Assembly: GCA_002269645.1 (NCBI GenBank)
Contig: NIVC01003253.1
Span: 1-64,000, forward strand
Direction: 5' to 3'
DNA: 64,000 nt
DNA from: Macrostomum lignano
Lineage: Eukaryota
Positions 1 to 11,684 of this stretch are shown here, piece after piece. Position 1 is the first letter of the stretch, and each line of letters opens with the position of its first letter. The position numbers and the translations under genes are program-made. A model generated the notes under the pieces. It made no database searches. It was not told the DNA's origin and saw nothing but the letters and a program-made list of their open reading frames with translations.

Positions 1-187
1 TGTAGCTGGGACTGGCAGGGAGATGGCGGTGTGGCTGGGGACTGGCAGGGAGATGGCGGATGTAGCTGGGGACTGGCAGGGAGATGGCGGTGTAGCTGGG
101 GACTGGCAGGGATGGCGGTGGCTGAGGGGACTGGCAGGGAGATGGCGCGGTGTGGCTGGGACTGGCAGGGAGATGGCGGTGTGGCTG
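1..187. repeat. ~29-bp minisatellite (tgtagctgggactggcagggagatggcgg), SLC44 intron 4
   Basis: About 6 imperfect tandem copies, truncated by the window edge. Confidence 0.9.
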
Positions 188-232
188 AATAAGTTCTAGG
201 TTCTCGAACAGCAACGCAGCAAAAGAGCTCAC

Positions 233-728
233 CTGCAGATAGCTGTACACCTTGATAAACCTAGCCATAGTGTTGGTACCCCTTCGCACGGTGTCCGCCC
301 CGATACTGCGATTGTTTAGCGCTGGTAACATTGTTAGGCAGAGTGTCATGCTGACCTGACAAACCCGGCCGCCGACACCCTTCAGCAGTTTTGGCAGGCA
401 GCGGCCAAGCATGCTCACGGAGCGGCAGGGTGTAGGGTGCGCACAAGTGATTCTGAACCAGGTCACGGATGCTCAGGGACTGGTACTCAGGTTCCATGGC
501 GTTGTGCACCCGCCAGACAGACCATCTTCTCCCGTTCGGCAGCAATTGTTGTTTTGACTGGGCCATTCAAATCGCCGCCAGTCTCAGCCAGGTGAGCCGG
601 CAACCAGGCCCACATCCTGGTTGGGCAGCTGGCTACGCACACTGCGGCGTTGGGGCAGCCCAGCTGGACTGCGGCCAGGCCCATGCGGGCGCACACGGTC
701 AGATCGAAACACCAGGCGGGTCCGGTTT
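233..728 (-). CDS. SLC44A: SLC44 exon 4 (Cys-rich extracellular loop), with 3 apparent frameshifts (~707, ~509, ~422)
   Basis: The CTL-like peptide is spread over three ORFs (584-793, 487-816, 261-566) plus a further frame; CTTAG acceptor and GTGAG donor. Confidence 0.75.
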
Positions 729-3123
729 CTAAGGATGCGGGAGTGCGGAATGCAAACTGGTGCTGTACATTCAGCATGTGGACTGCTGTACATTCAGCAT
801 GTGGACTGCTGTACATTCAGCATGTGAACTGCTGTACATTCAGCATGTGGACTGCTGTACATTCAGCATGTGAACTGCTGTATATTCAGTTGTGTGAACT
901 GCTGTACATTCAGCATGTGAACTGCTGTACATTCAGCATGTGGACTGCTGTACATTCAGCATGTGAACTGCTGTACATTCAGCATGTGGACTGCTGTATA
1001 TTCAGTTTGTGAACTGCTGTACATTCAGCATGTGAACTGCTGTACATTCAGCATGTGGACTGCTGTACATTCAGCATGTGAACTGCTGTACATTCAGCAT
1101 GTGGACTGCTGTACATTCAGCATGTGAACTGCTGTATATTCAGTTTGTGGACTGCTGTACATTCAGCATGTAGACTGCTGTACATTCAGCATGTGAACTG
1201 CTGTATATTCAGTTTGTGGACTGCTGTACATTCAGCATGTGGACTGCTGTACATTCAGCATGTGAACTGCTGTATATTCAGTTTGTTGACTGCTGTACAT
1301 TCAGCATGTGGACTGCTGTACATTCAGCATGTGAACTGCTGTATATTCAGTTTGTGGACTGCTGTACATTCAGCATGTGGACTGCTGTATATTCAGTATG
1401 TGGACTGCTGTACATTCAGCACGTGGACTGCTGTACATTCAGCACGTGGACTGCTGTACATTCAGCATGTAGACTTCTGTACATTCTGCGATCAGACTGC
1501 TGTACATTCAGCATGTAGACGGCTGTACATTCAGCATGTAGACTGCTGTACATTCTGCGATCAGACTGCTGTACATTCAGCATGTAGACAGCTGTACATT
1601 CAGCATGTAGACTGCTGTACATTCAGCATGTAGACTGCTGTACATTCAGCATGTAGACTGCTGTACATTCAGCATGTAGACTGCTGTACATTCAGCATGT
1701 AGACTGCTGTACATTCAGCATGTGAGCTGCTGTACATTCTGCGATCAGACTGCTGTACATTCTTAAATGTCTTTATATCAGTAGCTTCAACAGAAGTTGC
1801 TATTTTTTTCTATCGGATAGAGCAAGATAAGTTATCTACAAATCGAGTTAATGGTTAGTATGGATAGAAGGATATATTAGGGGCAAAAGGGTAGAGAGAA
1901 ACAGCAGGCTTTTAGTAGCAATAAAGAATACGAGCGCAGCAGTTCGCAAATAGGCTGCGCAATCAGAGAGGATATAGAAGGGAATGATACTATACCATGC
2001 GCATATACTATTTGCCCAGTGGCAGAGTATGGAAACAAGCATATTATCGTTGCCGCTTGCACTCGCACCAGTTATAGAAGTGGCGCTCCGACACTACTAT
2101 ATTAATGTTACACACTGAATAATAATAGGCCAAAGCGGAAATGCAGCCAATGGATTGATAAATTAGACATGGCCTAGCATGAAAATACAGTACAAAATTC
2201 CTATCTATAAAGCTGTTGTATACTAATGTACAAATAAAATCGATGCATATATATGTATGTGCAAGCTTACTGAACATCGCGGCCGCAGATCTGGCCATTA
2301 GAATCAGTTGGATAGATCACGCGCCTGTAGTCGCCTCTGATAAAAGCTGGAAATCAAATCAAATTGTCATCAATCATTAAGTCCTTCTTCTGCATGCTAC
2401 TGACCCAATAAAGTCCTTCTGGGTGCTACTGACCCAATAAAGTCCTTCTGCATGCTACTGACCAATAAAGTCTTCTGCATGCTACTGACCCAATAAAGCC
2501 CTTCTGCATGCTACTGACCCAATAAAGTCCTTATGGGTGCTACTGACCCAATAAAGTCTTCTGCATGCTACTGACCCAATAAAGCCCTTCTGCATGCTAC
2601 TGACCCAATAAAGCCCTTCTGCATGCTACTGACCCAATAAAGTCCTCCTGGATGCTACTGACCCAATAAAGTCCTCCTGGATGCTACTGACCCAATAAAG
2701 CCCTTCTGCATGCTACTGACCCAATAAAGCCCTTCTGCATGCTACTGACCCAATAAAGTCCTCCTGGATGCTACTGACCCAATAAAGTCCTCCTGGATGC
2801 TACTGACCCAATAAAGTCCTGTTATCTACTAATTAGAACTAAACCTACTAATTAGAACTAAATCTACAGATACTACTCACCAACAGTGGCAATCAGCAGT
2901 AGCAAGATGACACATGCTACAAAGAGCAGACAACAGACAATGTCAGTGCAGGATCGATTTTCAATTGGTCCTTTGAAGTCTTTGTCGTGGTCTCTGACTT
3001 TGTCTGCAGAGTAGTAAAACAATTATGAAGTGATGTTTTTCACAAAAACGCAACTTCGAAAAAATATTACAAAGGCTCACTGTATTCAGCTTCATCATCC
3101 TTGCAGCATCGACCTTTTCCCAT
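233..3123 (-). CDS. SLC44A: Choline transporter-like protein (SLC44A/CTL family), 5' part; exons 3123-3081, 3003-2881, 2346-2271, 728-233; continues beyond position 1
   Basis: Hand-spliced translation [42 protein letters not shown]...[33 protein letters not shown](F)DLTVC...[12 protein letters not shown]...[17 protein letters not shown]. It matches the CTL motifs GPIxNRSCTD, YPTDSxGxxCG, CPxxxxCVxxCP and GRCxP. All junctions are GT-AG and phase-compatible. Exon 4 needs three frameshifts. Confidence 0.88.
771..1762. repeat. 23-bp minisatellite (tgctgtacattcagcatgtggac), SLC44 intron 3
   Basis: About 43 tandem copies. Confidence 0.95.
2271..2346 (-). CDS. SLC44A: SLC44 exon 3 ([18 protein letters not shown])
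   Basis: TTCCAG acceptor, GTAAG donor, conserved motif. Confidence 0.9.
2382..2820. repeat. 29-bp minisatellite (tgacccaataaagtccttctgcatgctac), fills most of SLC44 intron 2
   Basis: About 15 tandem copies. Confidence 0.95.
2881..3003 (-). CDS. SLC44A: SLC44 exon 2 ([10 protein letters not shown] plus TM1)
   Basis: CTGCAG acceptor, GTGAG donor, conserved motif. Confidence 0.9.
3081..3123 (-). CDS. SLC44A: SLC44 exon 1 ([14 protein letters not shown])
   Basis: ATG at 3123-3121, donor GTGAG, phase 1 joins exon 2. Confidence 0.75.
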
Positions 3124-4172
3124 AGTCTTATAGGGGACAGATAAAGTGCCAGACAGATAGCATGCAAATAACCAGTATTTTTATTGTTGTATCAGTCAAT
3201 AACCATAAAAAGTATACTTTTATTTGCATTTTAATGTAAGAGAAATATCATAGTGCAAGTACTAAGATATGCTTTATTCATTTTCTATAGATAAAAAAGA
3301 TGATTTATTAATGCTACTTTTAACAACACAAAATTTTATGTGCATGTATAAGCCTAAAATAGATCATCATAAACTAAGGCCAAGAACACTAAAATAACCT
3401 TATTGACCTAAAGTTTTTGTTGTGCATTAGAGCTCAGCCTATAGCTTTAGTGCATTATTGCTTCTCTGTCTATGTTGTATATTATATGACTTAAGCTTCA
3501 CTTAACTTTTGTTCTGTTACTGTTTAGTTAGTCTATGGCAGTATACCCTTTTTTGCAGAGCTCCCCTCTCAGTTTCATCCCTTTTCCCATTAAGACCACA
3601 TCTAGAGCTACGCATTCAAGATTCCTAATTCAACCATCAAATGCAAACAATAACCTTGCATCATTTATCATTTTAATCTAACATTATCATTTTAATCTAA
3701 CACATATCAGTTTTAGACCTAATATAAGCCCACAGACTTACTTTTCCAAATTGTTCAGAATTTAGAACTTGTTTATAATTTTAGATAGCAGCATGGCACA
3801 GATTTTTATAGGGCTATCTATGTGGGAATTTTCACTAAAAAGGACATCTATGAGACTATAGAATGCTTGAAAGAAATACAACAGCAATGACAGAAATAGT
3901 ATTGAAACAATTAATTTGATCTGGCTCTTAGTTGGTTCCTATTTATAGTAAAATTTTATTTACAACAAAATAATAGAGTTTTGAAATCAGGCCTATATGT
4001 TTCTAAGAAAATTTGCCTACTACTCATAAAATAAAAACAAAGTCTATTACATAAACAAGGACAGATATAACACAAGGTAAATAAAATTATTAAATGTTAA
4101 ATGTTAAAATTAATCCATGACACTATCCATGACTTGCACCATATTGAAGCAACTAGGCCTATAGTATAGGCA

Positions 4173-5285
4173 CTAGCAATCTTTGCCTCCCAATGGGAGA
4201 TATCTGGATAGAATCCTTGTTCTTTACAAATAACAAATAGACAGTGAAATAAAGCCTTCATAAATAAACAACAGACATTCCCTCTAAAAACAAAACATTC
4301 CAAGACAGCAAACATCCTTAGACAGCATTCAAGCATCAATTCCCAAATAGCAAGCATCCCCAGACTGCAAGCATCTCCTAGATAGCAAGCATCCTTAGAC
4401 TGCAAGCATCTCCCAGATAGCAAGCATCCCCCCAATAGCAAACATCCCCCAGATAGCAAGCATAACCTAACCTAGATACAAAGAGACCTTATAGATATCT
4501 AGTAATCCCCTCTCAGATAGCAAATACCCTCTACCCCCCCCAAGAGCAAGCATTTCCCAATAGCAAGTTACCCCAGTAGCAAGCATCCTTCCAATAGGAA
4601 GCATCCCCTAATAACAAGCATCCCTCAGATAGCAAGTATCTATCCTTAAATAGCAAGCCTCCACTAGAGAACAAGTAGCTAGGCCTAGTGCAATAATTTC
4701 CTTAGCTTTATAGTGGCTCCATTTAGTTTTGCATGACACTTCTTTTTATGTTTGAAATGGTGCCTCTTTTATGTTTGAAATGGGGGCTCTTCTATGTTAG
4801 ACATGGTAGCACTTTAATGTTTGAGATGGTGGCTCTTCTATGTTTGCCATGGCGGCCCTTTTACATTTGAAAATTGAAATGGTGTCTTTGTTATTTTTGA
4901 CATGGACATGGTAGCTCAGTTGTTTGACATGGTGGCTCTTTAATGTTTGACATGGAGTCACATATATGTTTGACATAGTGGTTCCCTTATGTGGCATGGT
5001 GTCTCTTTTATGTTTCATGTTTGACATGGAGTCACATATATGTTTGACATGGAGTCACATATATGGCTCTTTTAGACTTTTAGTATCAAACATAGAAGAG
5101 CTACAATGTCAAAACATTATTGAGCCAGCATGCCAAACATAAAAAAGACACCATTTCAAATGTAAAAGGGCCGCCATGTCAAACATAGAAGAGCCACCAC
5201 GTCAAACATAAAAGAGCCACCATGTCAAACATAACAGAGCCACCATGTCAATCATAACAGAGCCATCATATCAAACATATACGTG
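4173..5285 (-). mobile_element. Truncated, partly inverted copy of the non-autonomous Helitron family seen at 11102-17778
   Basis: On the minus strand a hairpin, then AAAGATTG-CTAG ending at 4173, followed by T. It has the same 15-bp and 23-bp arrays. Segment ~5080-5285 is in the opposite orientation. The 5' ~600 bp is missing. Confidence 0.8.
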
Positions 5286-5385
5286 ACTGTAATTAGTAAA
5301 TAGTAAATAGTAAATAGAGCTGAGCTCATGCACTGTAAATATTGCGAAATTAAACTTTAGAGGTGCAGGGGCGGAGGAAGAAAAG

Positions 5386-7201
5386 TACGCATTTGTTTCC
5401 CCATCGATATTCGCATTGATATTCGAATTTTAACAAAAGCAAAATACTAAAAGCAACCCGTAGCATGAAACTTTACACAGAGTAAACTGCAACCGTGAAA
5501 CGACTATTGGTCAAGTTTCAGCTCGATATGTCACTTTGGCTTTAGTATCAATCGAGAGCAGGAGCGATTTTCGATGCGTTCCATTTAAAATACATGTGAT
5601 TCCAAAATTCATATTGATATTCGAGTACAGGTACTTCTGCCTCACCGATCTTGACGAAACTTTACACAGAGTAAACTGCAACCGTGAAACGACTATTGGT
5701 CAAGTTTCAGCTCGACATGTCACTTTGGCTTTGAGCAGGAGCGATTTTCGATGTGTTCAATTTAAAATACATGTGATTCCAAAATTCATATTGATATTCG
5801 AGTACAGGTACTTCTGCCTCACCGATCTTGACGAAACTTTACACAGAGTAAACTGCAACCGTGAAACGACTATTGGTCAAGTTTCAGCTCGATATGTCAC
5901 TTTGGCTTTAGTATCAATCGAGAGCAGGAGCGATTTTCGATGCGTTCCATTTAAAATACATGTGATTCCAAAATTCATATTGATATTCGAGTACAGGTAC
6001 TTCTGCCTCACCGATCTTGACGAAACTTTACACAGAGTAAACTGCAACCGTGAAACGACAGAAACGAAAACAGAAACGTAAAAAGTCAAAATCATGCAGT
6101 ATGTGGGTGACTTGCATGCCATGCAGCTTAGAGACGAATTATAAAACAGTAATTTACAATATCAAGTAACAGTTGGCAACATGTTTTAAGTACTGTAGAT
6201 AAGTCATTGTAGTCGTAGAAAAGTTCATATCGCTCAAATGAATAGTCAGCAGAAATGTAACGAAGTGCTCCGAATTGAAGTTGCATAGTACGGATTTAGA
6301 TTAGCCAGGTAGTAGAAAAACGGTATGGCAGTTCTCACAAATAAAATTCTCGACTGGCCGATTGCACATGATACCAGTACAAGCAAGATGGGCACTCGAT
6401 CTGGAAAAAATCGTCGCATTGCATCATAATAATTGCTATCAAATTTCAGACTGCTATACGCATTCAGCCAGTCGTTCAGGCAGTAGCGTTATGTTTTTTG
6501 ATCCTGTCAATCATCTAGAGGGTTTGCTATACTCGTATGTTGTAAACCTATATTAGTTTTAAAAAGGCTGAATCGAGAAAATATTTTTTGTTGGACCTAC
6601 CCAGTCGATCGGAGCATTGGCGACAGGACTGCATGTATCAGGACAGCTTTTTTTGCATGCATGGCAAAACTCTTGGTTCCCTCCGAGACTGTAAACTTCG
6701 ATAACCGCCCAGATGTGATGTCTAAATGACTCCAGTGATTGGGCGTCACGCTTGAAAAAGGGCACTTTTCCGAGCACAATCGCCCTGGCGTAGATACAGA
6801 CGAAAACACCGCAGCTGTATCAATCGACCTGCATTGTACGTGGCAATGTATCGGCTACGAACTTGTCTTGACACTTCCTGAATAAAGGAGCTGCCGAATC
6901 CACGAAAGGTAAGAGGACAACCGAATCGAGAAGGCGACTGCAATTTTGCATGTTCATATCAGAATAGACTGTACTCGAATATCAATATGAATTTTGGAAT
7001 CACATGTATTTTAAATGGAACACATCGAAAATCGCTCCTGCTCAAAGCCAAAGTTACATATCGAGCTGAAACTTGACCAATAGTCGTTTCACGGTTGCAG
7101 TTTACTCTGTGTAAAGTTTCATGCTACGGGTTGCTTTTAGTATTTTGCTTTTGTTAAAATTCGAATATCAATGCGAATATCAATGGGGAAACAAATGCGT
7201 A
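5386..7201. mobile_element. Non-autonomous TIR DNA transposon, IS3EU-like (TAC...GTA termini, 6-bp TSD GAAAAG, ~233-bp TIRs)
   Basis: TSD at 5380-5385 and 7202-7207; 6969-7201 is the near-perfect reverse complement of 5386-~5635; no transposase ORF recognised. Confidence 0.8.
5467..6058. repeat. Tandem 189/177/189-bp units plus a partial copy within the left arm of the IS3EU-like element
   Basis: GAAACTTTACACAGAG recurs at 5467, 5656, 5833 and 6022. Confidence 0.9.
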
Positions 7202-8420
7202 GAAAAGTTGGGCTTTAAATTTGGCGATTGCGGATTTTGAACTCGGGGTTTCTTCGAAACCGGTCGTCGCTGCGTTCGCACGAATTGAAGCCAGAAAATC
7301 GCACAGATGAATCACAACGAAAGTTTGCCTCCTGTTTTACTCCGGCTGCCGGGGTCCTCAATTCCGGGGGGAGGGTAGTTTCGGTCGTAGACGAGCGGTC
7401 TTCGTTAGGCGCGAGCGTTCAGAGAGGGTCCTCAGACACCGTAGTTAATGCACTTCGATTGCTTGACTGATTACTGTTAGTAGAGTAGCGCTGCCACCAC
7501 CGTAATTTACGTATTACGGAACGTTGAAGTCTCAGAGCTTGCTTCGAGATGAGACGGGGTTATTTTACGCCCGCGGGCAAATGACTCAAGAAAAGCTATG
7601 ACTTTTAATCCAGAGATGAAGTAACAGGATGCTGTAACCGTTGGCTTGATTATTTATTATTCGGTAAATCAAGTTATTATATAGTTAAAGTAATATTATT
7701 TGAACGAGCTGCGACAGACGTTAATGTTCAGGGGTGCCGCGGTGCGGGCTTACTCAAATAAAACTAAGTTAGGTTTTCCTTCAAGTAGTAGACTGCGTTA
7801 AATAAACGTTATTAAGTTAAGGGCGAGGCGGAAAAGGGAGTTAAAGGGACGTCAGAGGAGAAGAAAGGCATGAGGAGAGGACAGGCGCAGGAGGCGGTAA
7901 TAAATACCCAGGAAACAGGTCACAAAAAGGCTTGCGAGGCCCAGAAACTGGGGAAGGGCGAAAACGCAAAGGCCAAAAAGGATTCAACAAAAATTGCCGC
8001 AGAAACACATAGAAAAACAAATTTAAAACATAAATTGGACGAACAAACGCCAGAAAATGGGGCGAGGGGAACAGAAAAGGGGCAGGATACGTCACAACTA
8101 GCGCCAGGGAGTGGACGAACGGGGACCAGAATGGGGCAAACATAATTTTAAAGTCCAGAAAATGTAATGTGATTAAAAAATCAAATTCCACATCGAGCAA
8201 TTGGTGGTATCCAACTACCACACTTTCCGCTGATAAACTCTTAGAATTTTGTTGATTAAAACAAAAATTATGGTCTAGATCTGCTGTTAATGTTCTTTAA
8301 ATCATAGAATTCCTATTTGCATTGAGATATTTAAATATATATAAGATCAAAAAATTAAGGAGAAGCCAATGTAGTGATCGAGAACACCGGGAGGGGTTTA
8401 CAAATATCTGGGAGCCAGCA

Positions 8421-8565
<145 letters not shown>

Positions 8566-9477
8566 TTGGTTCAGGCCAAGAGCCTGTTTTGCCAATATGA
8601 TTCAATGTATTTAATATTTGTTCAAAAGGTTGATTATTTTTACATGAACGATGAATACGATTTGAATGATAATTGTTAATTGTATTTAAGTATAAGGTAT
8701 TTGAAAGAACGTCTGGAATTTTTACGGTTTTTTCGGACGACTACGACTGATCCAACAGAACAACAAGATTTAAAGTAGGGAATAATAAAAAAGAAAAAAA
8801 CAGATACCGTATGACTTTGATGCAAAACGATTCTTCTAAAATGCGATTCAAAAAGTTAAATATTTTTTTCTGTCAATATAACAAATATCGAGTATAAGGA
8901 ATGCTCTCAATAATAGGCGATTTTTCGTAAAGTGTAATAGTGCTCAATTTGAGTTCACGTGCACTTCTATTATTTTCTATTATTTTCTCTTTCTTTCTCT
9001 CTGCGTCAACCCCCACCCCTGCATTGTCTTTCGCGAAATTTCTTTTCGTTTCTGATTGGCTGTAAACGCGTGAATAACGAACCCTAACCAATGGAGTGCT
9101 TAGTGCCCACCCTGTCGGAGAAATCCAATTGGCTAGGATTTTCTAAGCTGAGTCTTTCACCCTGCCTCCCCCGCGCGGTCAAAGTCTAATTCAAGCAAGC
9201 TGGCAAGCTAATAAATCAAGTTTCTTTGACTAACGAAGTCTTCTATAGTTGGCGGGAATTCGAACTCCGGAATACGCGGCTACAAAAGATATAGTATTTG
9301 AAAGCTCGTGATATTGAAAGCGTGAAAAACGAGTATATACACACTTCAAACGAACTTTTAACGTCTAACGACTAACGAGGATTTAAATAGGAAATAAAAA
9401 AAGACAGGAAATGAATATACAACTGAAAGCGGATTTTTTACACTGCTGATGCATCTGTTTCAGTTTGCATAACTGTT

Positions 9478-9804
9478 TTAGCTATTCATGACTTCATATA
9501 TTTTAGCTACACCAGTTAGCTCTTTTCTGATTCTTTTTTCATTTGTAGCATATCCTATCTTGTGTACTGCATGGTTGTCATCTCTAAGACAAGAGGTATT
9601 GACAGAGAAGTAATTTTTCCTGATCTCTTGAGCTTTTTGACATTCGGTCAAGTAGTGTAGGATATCGGAACCATTTCTCGCTCCACACAGTCTACATGCT
9701 TCTTGAGAAATTATGTTGGGTGTGTAATCTTGTTTAGGAGGGTTGTTAAGAATTTTGTTTCTAAAAATGCATGGAAAGTAATCTGAAAGGAAACCAAAAA
9801 CCAC
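9478..9804 (-). mobile_element. Probable non-LTR retrotransposon ORF2 C-terminal remnant (CCHC zinc-knuckle)
   Basis: CRLCGARNGSDILHYLTEC fits the C-x2-C-x9-H-x4-C motif typical of LINE ORF2 C-termini. Confidence 0.55.
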
Positions 9805-9959
9805 ATCCTAAAACAAAAAAGCGCTAATCGCGCAAGGTCCAAGCGCCAAAATTACGGTACAAACGCAAAGGGATATAAATAACCCATACACTGGCTCATA
9901 ACGATGAATTTAACGATTTATATGAATATTATACACAGTAGTACACTTGGCACCGATAA

Positions 9960-10638
9960 CAACAACAACAACAGAATACGCAGGTTAGCGTCACAGGGCG
10001 TGCTTCAAGGCCAGGTCACGAATGAACGCCACGCCGCCGGCCGAATCCGGGCGCCGGCGTCAGCCAGCAGGCAGTCGACGCAACGCCGAGTGCGCGCCTG
10101 CCCCCGCCGGTAGGGTGCCTGCGGCGTTAGCAGCAGCACCTCCTGCACCGGCTCAAGGACTTCTAGACTAGTCTAGTTAGTCTAGACTGCAACCCGGACT
10201 GCAACCGCGATAATAGGATGCAGTTATCGCGGTTGCAGTCCGTGCTGGATCCGTACCTGCGTCCTGAACAGAACGGCTTCCGGCCCCATCGCGGCACAGT
10301 GACGCAGATCCTGGCTCTTCGGCCAGTCATCGAGGAAGCACGGATACGCCAGTCGATTCTGATTATAATCTTCATAGATTTCAAGAAGGCATTCGACTCG
10401 GTCGAACGTCAAGTCTGTGCTCCCAAAGGTGCTCCGTGCGTACAACGTGCCAGAGCAGCTGAGTTCCGCCATCATGGCGATGTACCGTAATACGAAAGTT
10501 GCTGTTTCAACACCGGACGGCCTATCGGACTTCTTTGAGACATCCTCCGGGGTGCTTCAGGGAGATACGCTTGCGCCGTTCCTGTTTGTTCTGGTGCTTG
10601 ACTGGGTGCTGCGGACCGCTCTTCCTACCAACGACGAC
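9960..10638. mobile_element. 5'-truncated, 5'-inverted RTE-like LINE insertion with 11-bp TSD GGCACCGATAA
   Basis: TSD at 9949-9959 and 10639-10649. A (GTT)n tail and ORF2 C-terminus (EPVQEVLLLTPQAPYRRGQARTRRCVDCLLADAG) lie on the minus strand. An RT fragment (PEQNGFRP, FIDFKKAFDSV, GVLQGDTLAPFLF) lies on the plus strand. Confidence 0.85.
10218..10638 (+). pseudogene. Reverse transcriptase fragment (RTE-like), frameshifted near 10412 and truncated before the YADD motif
   Basis: ORFs 10218-10490 and 10417-10848 carry consecutive RT motifs. Confidence 0.9.
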
Positions 10639-11574
10639 GGCACCGATAAGCAAACTAGACTACCGAAATTCCGGGTTCCAAAAAGCGTGGAAATAAAATG
10701 CCTGAAACCGCTTGAAGATATCTCAGAAAGAGAGAAAATTCGACAGGTTATAAATGTGACGCTTGTCATTCTAAAAATTTTTGCTGCGATTAAAGAATTA
10801 TTTTTTATTTCCCATTCTGTAGAGCTCATGCAGGTGCAATATAAATAGTGAAATGACGGTTGTTTGGTTTGTGAGCTGGGTAACTGTGGGGGGGGGGTTG
10901 TTTATTTAACTTAGCTTTGTCACCTTGTTTGCAGCTTGCGATCTGCGTGTACTCAGTAAATCATTGTGTACTCTATGCGTACTCTACTCTGTTCCATGTG
11001 CATCATTGCGCTAGCCATTGCCTCGCCCCTTAAGTCTCTACCATTTTGTACTCTCTCCACTCACAGTGTCAGTGCATCAGTGAAATCCAATATTTACAAT
11101 ATCATATATACTAAAAATGAAATGTCTGTAACTAACTAGCTATGCGATAGATTTCAGAAAAAGTGGCTCAACCGATTTTCTTCAAACTTGCACCATTTGA
11201 TCAGAAATTTTCCTGGGACGGTACATGCATCTTGGCTAAGAAATTGCTCAATTTTAAAGGGATTAAATATTCGAAAAACATGCTTTTTTGCAAAGGTCAA
11301 GCAGCTCTTTCGACCTGAAATGAATTGTAAAAATGCGAAAGAAAAAACTGACTGACTGAATTTCAATTGTGATAAAGATTGCATCACAACAAGATGAAAA
11401 CAGTGTCGAAAAAATGCACACAAGACTTGATTGTAATTGCGTAACCATATTGCTAACTTGAATTGAGACTGATACTGGCTGACTGAGAAATTGATTATGT
11501 CATAACTTTTTACTCTAACTGACTTGCTATAAGAATTGAATTATAAGGGCCACAATACATGTTCTCCAATTGAA

Positions 11575-11657
11575 AAGAGATAGCCAAGATGCGAACAGAC
11601 TGGACTGCTAATGTAGCGACCTGGGTTCGAATCTTAGTAGTGCAAAAACATTTTTTT
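11575..11657 (+). pseudogene. tRNA-Ser(GCT)-derived, Pol III-like cassette inside the Helitron (second copy ~14590-14670)
   Basis: A-box-like TAGCCAAGATG, anticodon arm TGGACTGCTAAT, B-box GGTTCGAATC at 11624-11633, then a T-run; stems are degenerate. Confidence 0.55.
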
Positions 11658-11684
11658 ATTAAAACACTTTAAAACACAAAATGC

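Noticed and set aside
5292-5316. (TAAATAG)3 as a LINE 3' tail
   Set aside because: No adjacent LINE body or TSD is recognisable.
6060-6965. Short ORFs inside the IS3EU-like element as transposase remnants
   Set aside because: No DDE or other recognisable motif could be identified by eye.
5386-7201. Tc1/mariner interpretation (TA target duplication) of the TIR element
   Set aside because: The TA is part of the inverted termini and a perfect 6-bp direct repeat lies immediately outside, which fits TAY..RTA plus a 6-bp TSD better.
7228-8221. ORFs and purine-rich stretch between the TIR element and the (AGT)n run
   Set aside because: No domain, splice-compatible partner or repeat boundary could be supported.
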